From positions 1,744 to 33,743 of the forward strand of contig JBHLRO010000032.1 in NCBI GenBank assembly GCA_048882505.1: a stretch of DNA of 32,000 nt, read 5' to 3'. Source of the stretch: Candidatus Thorarchaeota archaeon. GTDB lineage: Archaea > Asgardarchaeota > Heimdallarchaeia > Hodarchaeales > Hodarchaeaceae. Under the pieces are notes generated by a model. It was not told where the DNA came from, made no database searches, and saw only the letters and a program-made list of their open reading frames with translations. A program made the position numbers and the translations under genes. This document shows positions 27,241 through 32,000 of this stretch, piece after piece (the first letter of the stretch is position 1; every line of letters begins with the position of its first letter).

Positions 27241-28089
27241 ATGAACTATCCAGACCATCGCCTCCTTGTAGATCCACTCTGGCTCGCAGAACATTTGGAT
27301 GACAAAAATATTGTACTTATAGATTGTGTTTTCGATAGTAACGCCTATAGCAGAGCACATATACTGGGGGCAATCATGCGACCTGGCACTCCGTATATTA
27401 AGTCCGTTAACGCCGATGGAAATCCCGCGCTTCATTTGCCATCACCTCAGGAATTCGCCAGTTTGATGAACCAGATGGGTGTTGGTACTGATACCAGTGT
27501 TGTTTGTTATGATGAGTGGGGATCCCTTTGGGCCACCCGTTTATGGTGGGCTCTCAGGGTTTACGGTCACACGAAGACAAGGATCCTGAACGGGGGGTGG
27601 CAGGGGTGGGTATCTCGTGAACTTCCTGTTTCTTATAAGATGGTTAAACCCGAAAAACCAGAAAAGCCATTTCATTCCAGATTTCGTGAGGAATTCGTCG
27701 TATCTCTGGATACTCTAGAAAAGGAGTATAACTCTCCTAATTGGAAACTAATCGACGTTCGCTCTACAGATGAATATTACGGTGTTCGACCTGAAACAAA
27801 TAAACGACTTGGACATATACCTGGGGCCATACATTTGGAGTGGACCCAATTAGCAAAAAATGGTCGAAACAAAGAAGCGATAAGAGAATTTCGTTCTCCC
27901 AGTGAGTTGGAAGAAATATTCTCAAATGTTGGAATCACTAGGGATAAGACTATCGTAACTTATTGTCAATCAGCTATTCGTGCGACTCACACCGCATTTG
28001 CCCTAGAATTGTTGGGATATCCCAATGTTCGCGTTTATGACGGATCTATGAAAGAATGGGCAAACTTAGAGCATACTCCTTTGATTTAA
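27241..28089 (+). CDS. Tandem-domain sulfurtransferase (rhodanese, TST/SseA-like)
   Basis: YSRAHILGA, ILNGGWQGW, LIDVRS, GHIPGA, active loop YCQSAIRA, YDGSMKEW. Confidence 0.9.
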   Translation: MNYPDHRLLVDPLWLAEHLDDKNIVLIDCVFDSNAYSRAHILGAIMRPGTPYIKSVNADGNPALHLPSPQEFASLMNQMGVGTDTSVVCYDEWGSLWATRLWWALRVYGHTKTRILNGGWQGWVSRELPVSYKMVKPEKPEKPFHSRFREEFVVSLDTLEKEYNSPNWKLIDVRSTDEYYGVRPETNKRLGHIPGAIHLEWTQLAKNGRNKEAIREFRSPSELEEIFSNVGITRDKTIVTYCQSAIRATHTAFALELLGYPNVRVYDGSMKEWANLEHTPLI

Positions 28090-28133
28090 TAGTCTCCTAA
28101 ACTGCTGCTCAAAACGGTTTTGTCGTACAACAC

Positions 28134-28718
28134 TTATTCCTTAGGATCCGATCCAGCATTGAACTTGTCTAGATCCTGGTAATAAATGGTAATTCGGTCT
28201 TGATGGTCAAAGCCAACGCCTTCATAAGCTTTCCGGGCGGGGATATGTGCATCATCCAATCCTGTTTCAACCAACGCAAAACGAATTCCCAAACTTCTAA
28301 AATATTTCAAAACATGTCGATACATGAATTTTCCCCATCCTTGATCCCCGTGGGAAGGCAATACTGCGTTATTATCGAATATTCCGTAATTTTTTCCGGG
28401 TCTTAGTTTGAAGGAAACATAACCAAATACTTCGCCTCGTTTTTCTAAAACCCAGATCCATTCTGGGTGTTCTTTAAACAGGCGATGATTTTGAGATGTT
28501 TTATTCTCGGGCCAAGGATTCTCCGGATCATAGTAAATCTCTTGATACGCTTCTCGACCAACCATTTCAATAAAACTTTCATAGATCGGAGTATAACATG
28601 TAATAGTGATATGATCGATTGCCACGAAGTCTTCTGGCCGTGCATGACGGAGTATAACATCATCTTTTTTGGCTATTATCAACATTAAAACACCCACAGC
28701 TTTCATAGAAATATTCAA
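28134..28718 (-). CDS. GNAT-family N-acetyltransferase
   Basis: AVLPSHGDQGWGKFM, PARKAYEGVGF. The start may be about 10 codons downstream (MLIIAKK). Confidence 0.8.
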   Translation of the reverse strand: MNISMKAVGVLMLIIAKKDDVILRHARPEDFVAIDHITITCYTPIYESFIEMVGREAYQEIYYDPENPWPENKTSQNHRLFKEHPEWIWVLEKRGEVFGYVSFKLRPGKNYGIFDNNAVLPSHGDQGWGKFMYRHVLKYFRSLGIRFALVETGLDDAHIPARKAYEGVGFDHQDRITIYYQDLDKFNAGSDPKE

Positions 28719-28991
28719 AGATGCCTATTCGTCTGCTGACTCCAAATTCAAAAACCGTTTGGAAACCCAAGAGACTCCTAACAGCGAACCTTTCTAGCTG
28801 ATATACAGAAGTTATTTCCTCGGCCAAATCGGATCCTTCCTTTGGGAATGTAGCGATGATTTGACCTACGCATATATATGGGCTATGGAGGAGGTAAGTT
28901 TCATAAAGGAGACGCAGCTCATGATTATCTGCCAGAAAAAGTGATTTGTTTTTCATTTGTGATTGTTTAGCGATAACATGTTGAGCTGGAC

Positions 28992-30098
28992 TCAGGGAAT
29001 CATCCACTTGCCCTGTTGGTAGATTACATCGCCATCGAGGAGAATCTTCGCTTTAGGTCCCTTCATGTCCTTGAGAATGTCCCAATGAATAGCACTCTGG
29101 TTCTTGGATCCAGTTTCAGGATACCCGGATCCAATGGCCAGGTGGACTGTACCTCCCATTTTTTCATCAAACAGCATATTTTTGGTGAATCGCTGAATGC
29201 CGTAATTGGTTCCCACTGCTAATTCACCTAGGATCTCTGCGTTTGTGGTGGTCAGCAATTTCCCGAGTAATTTTTTCCCTTTTGCTGCGTCATGATCTGT
29301 TATCTTTCCATCCTTGAAGGTAAGTTTAATATTTTCAATCTCTTGACCCTGATAGATACCTGGATAGGTGAAACGAATGGATCCATTCGTACTGGATTCA
29401 TCAGGCCCAGTAAAAACCTCTCCATCAGGAAGGTTGCGATGTCCAGAAGCGTTTATCCATTTTCTTCCTTCTATACCAAGAAATAGATCAGTATCCTCGC
29501 CAATGATGCGAAATTCCGACCCTTTGTTCAAAATCTCTATGATTTTCTCCTGTTTAACTTCAACATTTTTCCAAAATCTGACAGGATCTTCCTGTAAATG
29601 TAGGGCATTATACACAAACTCCAAATATTCAAAACGTCCCATATTGGCCTCCTGAGCAAAGGAATTATTAGGAAAAGGCGCGATAACCCAATCAAGGTCC
29701 TTTTTCGCAGATCTTTCCATGAATATCTGATTTATTTCCTTTCTAGCCTCTGCGACCAAAGCCTTTTTTTCAGGTAAAACATTGGTAAGAGCGCGGGTGT
29801 TGAAGGAGGAATATATATTGATCAACTTTTTTACTTTTTTGATAATGTCAATAGCTGTGGTATCTACATACTCCAACTGCCCATCGGAAGCATATTTGTA
29901 GAAAGTCTCTAGCTGCCCATCAAAAGAAAGACGAGTTTGAATTACGTGCCCTCCTACCTGCAATACTTCCCTATAGATTTCTCGAACAAGCTCCTGGGCG
30001 TTGTTAGGCCCTTGAATTATCACAGTATCTTCTGATTCAACACGGACCGCGTAATTCACGACCAAACTTGCTAATTTTTCCGAATAATCACTGTACAT
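28992..30098 (-). CDS. Aminopeptidase, M29 (AmpS/AmpT-like)
   Basis: NLPDGEVFTGP, GELAVGTN, LFDEKMGGTVHLAIG, SAIHWDI. Confidence 0.92.
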   Translation of the reverse strand: MYSDYSEKLASLVVNYAVRVESEDTVIIQGPNNAQELVREIYREVLQVGGHVIQTRLSFDGQLETFYKYASDGQLEYVDTTAIDIIKKVKKLINIYSSFNTRALTNVLPEKKALVAEARKEINQIFMERSAKKDLDWVIAPFPNNSFAQEANMGRFEYLEFVYNALHLQEDPVRFWKNVEVKQEKIIEILNKGSEFRIIGEDTDLFLGIEGRKWINASGHRNLPDGEVFTGPDESSTNGSIRFTYPGIYQGQEIENIKLTFKDGKITDHDAAKGKKLLGKLLTTTNAEILGELAVGTNYGIQRFTKNMLFDEKMGGTVHLAIGSGYPETGSKNQSAIHWDILKDMKGPKAKILLDGDVIYQQGKWMIP

Positions 30099-30257
30099 TT
30101 CGGTTCCTCAAAGAAAAAAAGGATTTGTTTGATATAAGTAAGACCTTTTATACAAAATTCGTATTAAATTACGAAAATTAACCTCAGACTCACCTGAACT
30201 TGAAAAAGAACGATATATTCATCCAACCAAAACAGGAATGAAACTCTGGATTGCTAT

Positions 30258-31208
30258 CTAGTTTTCCGAGCTGAAATCGATTTCTATTTTGGGTATCATT
30301 GGATCCCCAGTAGAAAACGGGGCCGAACTGTAAAAAAAGTCTACACGCTTTACCGTATCGATTTCGAGATCGTACTTCCGACTTATCATCCTGGCGTCAA
30401 GACCTTCCGACAAATTCATCAGTATTGTATCGACTTGACTCGAGTCAAGATTAAAGAAATACAGATACTTGTTTTTTATACCTGGTACCAAATCTGCCTT
30501 GGCTAAATCCCGAATGGAATGGGGAATCTCCAACTTTTCGGCCAATTGCAGTATTTGAGTTCGGTATAGATCCCCAAGCGGTAGTAAATCTGAACAGTGT
30601 CCATATCCCCATTTTGTGAATAATCCAGTTTGAATTTCAGTCTTATTGATACTACCGAGTATTAAGCGATTCTCCTGTTCAGCAAAGAGGTGTGCGGCCG
30701 CCATATGAATACGAGAGCGGAGTTTATTATGAGCAAATATATTTCGGAGTTGCCTCTCCCGTTCAGAGTCTATGGAGCCGATCATACCGTAGGTTTTCTC
30801 CAAAATCTCATCTTTCATTGTTATCTTTAGGAGATCATAGCTCAGGGGTTCGTAGATAGATTGAACTTCCTTGATAGCACTAGTTGGGATTTTGGTAGTT
30901 TTCAATTGGTCAACAATTGGATCAATATTGAGACTCTCGATATTTTCATCATCCACGCCCAAGAAGTCAAAAGAATTGGTCAAAATTTCGGCCTGATTCC
31001 TATTGAATCTGTCCATCCTGACAAACAGTTTTACTTTTTCTTTTCCAAAAATATCCAAGGAAAGCCTCGCAACTATTGTGGAATCGATATAACCAGAGAA
31101 GAGAATAAGGACACCATCAACACCCCGATCTCTGCCTTGAATTTCGATAAAATTGGAAATTGTTGTAATAATCTTTTCTTCAGAACCGAAGATGTCAAGA
31201 TTTGCCAA
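30258..31208 (-). CDS. NAD+ synthetase (NadE)-like protein with degenerate active-site motifs
   Basis: SGYIDS, RSRIHM, LILGSINKTE, FTKWG, LLPLGDLYRTQI, ADLVPG. Confidence 0.75.
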   Translation of the reverse strand: MANLDIFGSEEKIITTISNFIEIQGRDRGVDGVLILFSGYIDSTIVARLSLDIFGKEKVKLFVRMDRFNRNQAEILTNSFDFLGVDDENIESLNIDPIVDQLKTTKIPTSAIKEVQSIYEPLSYDLLKITMKDEILEKTYGMIGSIDSERERQLRNIFAHNKLRSRIHMAAAHLFAEQENRLILGSINKTEIQTGLFTKWGYGHCSDLLPLGDLYRTQILQLAEKLEIPHSIRDLAKADLVPGIKNKYLYFFNLDSSQVDTILMNLSEGLDARMISRKYDLEIDTVKRVDFFYSSAPFSTGDPMIPKIEIDFSSEN

Positions 31209-31401
31209 TAATTAGCACCAATTTCCGTTCTATTATCCACTTAAAAGAATTATATGTTGGTACCGTTAGTGGGCTTATAATCAGAATCAACTTCAGGAAA
31301 TTCAGATTTCTGCCAACAGGAAGTTTGTATATGGAATTTAAGCTTGATTTGAACTTTTCTTATGTTTCAACAGGTGATTATAGTAGGGAAATCATATTCG
31401 T

Positions 31402-32000
31402 CTATTTAATTTTATTTTTCCAGAATTTAATCCACTTAGGCACCGTATCAGCATGAATAAATACGCCATGTTTATCTGCGGATCTCATATTGGATACTTC
31501 CGCAATTATCTCCTTATCTCTAACGTTTTCCGATAATAGTTTTTGTGTTCTCCTTTTAACCTTAATCGTTAAATCCAGAACGGCCTTTACATTTTCAATC
31601 GTCAAAACCTCTCCATGTCCGATTATAATGTAATCTGCGTCTAGGGAAGTAAATTCTTTTAGTGCGGAAATCCAATGATCTGGATTACACCTTCGTCCTC
31701 CCCAAAGAAAATCGGAACGAAGGTTGTCTCCTGCAACCAAAACTTTGTGTCCTGAAGAATACACGTAGCATGAATCAGGCGTGTGTCCTCCAGTTTGTTT
31801 ACAGACGATTTCGTAACCTGCTTCCTTTAGGACGTAATCATCTGTAAAGGTAATATTCGGAATCTGTTGCCAATTCACTGGACACTTTTTGATTGGTTTT
31901 CGTTTTGCAGATCTTAGGAACTTTGTAGTGAGGGCTGACGCTATGATATCGCAGTCAACGAAACAAGGCAAGCTATGAGTATGATCGCTGTGTAGATGAG
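31402..32000 (-). CDS. Metallo-beta-lactamase-fold hydrolase, 5'-partial
   Basis: The frame is open to the window edge and reads H-L-H-S-D-H (HxHxDH) upstream of the ORF-track start. Also GGHTPDS, AGDNL, IIGHG. Confidence 0.85.
   Translation of the reverse strand, partial: HLHSDHTHSLPCFVDCDIIASALTTKFLRSAKRKPIKKCPVNWQQIPNITFTDDYVLKEAGYEIVCKQTGGHTPDSCYVYSSGHKVLVAGDNLRSDFLWGGRRCNPDHWISALKEFTSLDADYIIIGHGEVLTIENVKAVLDLTIKVKRRTQKLLSENVRDKEIIAEVSNMRSADKHGVFIHADTVPKWIKFWKNKIK

Noticed and set aside
28660-29007. 115-aa ORF between GNAT and aminopeptidase
   Set aside because: It overlaps both neighbours and has no recognisable motif; it could be a fragment but cannot be supported.
168-31847. Numerous 60-130 aa ORFs antisense or out-of-frame to motif-bearing genes (e.g. 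5148-5522, 6082-6399, 8452-8769, 11493-11861, 19586-19924, 30861-31211)
   Set aside because: They are shadow ORFs fully overlapping well-supported genes, with no recognisable motifs.
1-32000. CRISPR arrays, tRNA/rRNA genes, IS elements or integrases
   Set aside because: No regularly spaced repeats, cloverleaf/T-loop signatures, or transposase/integrase motifs were recognised by eye. A tRNAscan/Infernal run would be definitive.

Overview
Archaeal chromosomal window, roughly 40% GC by eye. Archaeal origin is supported by an HMf-type histone, TATA-like boxes and GGTGA/GGAG Shine-Dalgarno-like motifs. The mix of a form IV RuBisCO-like protein, a Tat-less reductive dehalogenase, ArsM and a SERCA-type pump is compatible with an Asgard lineage, which is inference only. 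Gene order: partial P2A cation ATPase; two apparently nuclease-less Type IIG-like N6-adenine methyltransferases flanking a tandem (doublet) histone; a 47-aa zinc-finger microprotein; a RuBisCO-like protein convergent with an operon encoding a fused MoxR-AAA+/vWA protein and a MoaD/SAMP-like protein ending GGK; a CTL/SLC44-like membrane protein; acyl-CoA ligase; DmpA; DinB; a Cys-tailed PadR regulator divergent from arsM; rdhA; SDR; two PNPOx-fold genes; SRPBCC; CoA-binding protein; rhodanese; GNAT; M29 aminopeptidase; a degenerate NadE paralog; and a partial MBL hydrolase. No rRNA, tRNA, CRISPR array or IS element was recognised. The best leads are (1) an A10 run at the AAA/vWA junction, where slippage in either direction gives an AAA-only protein, (2) the MTase-histone doublet-MTase locus, and (3) a candidate arsenic-sensing PadR with a clear operator upstream of an atypical ArsM. 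All assignments come from motif recognition by eye; no searches were run.
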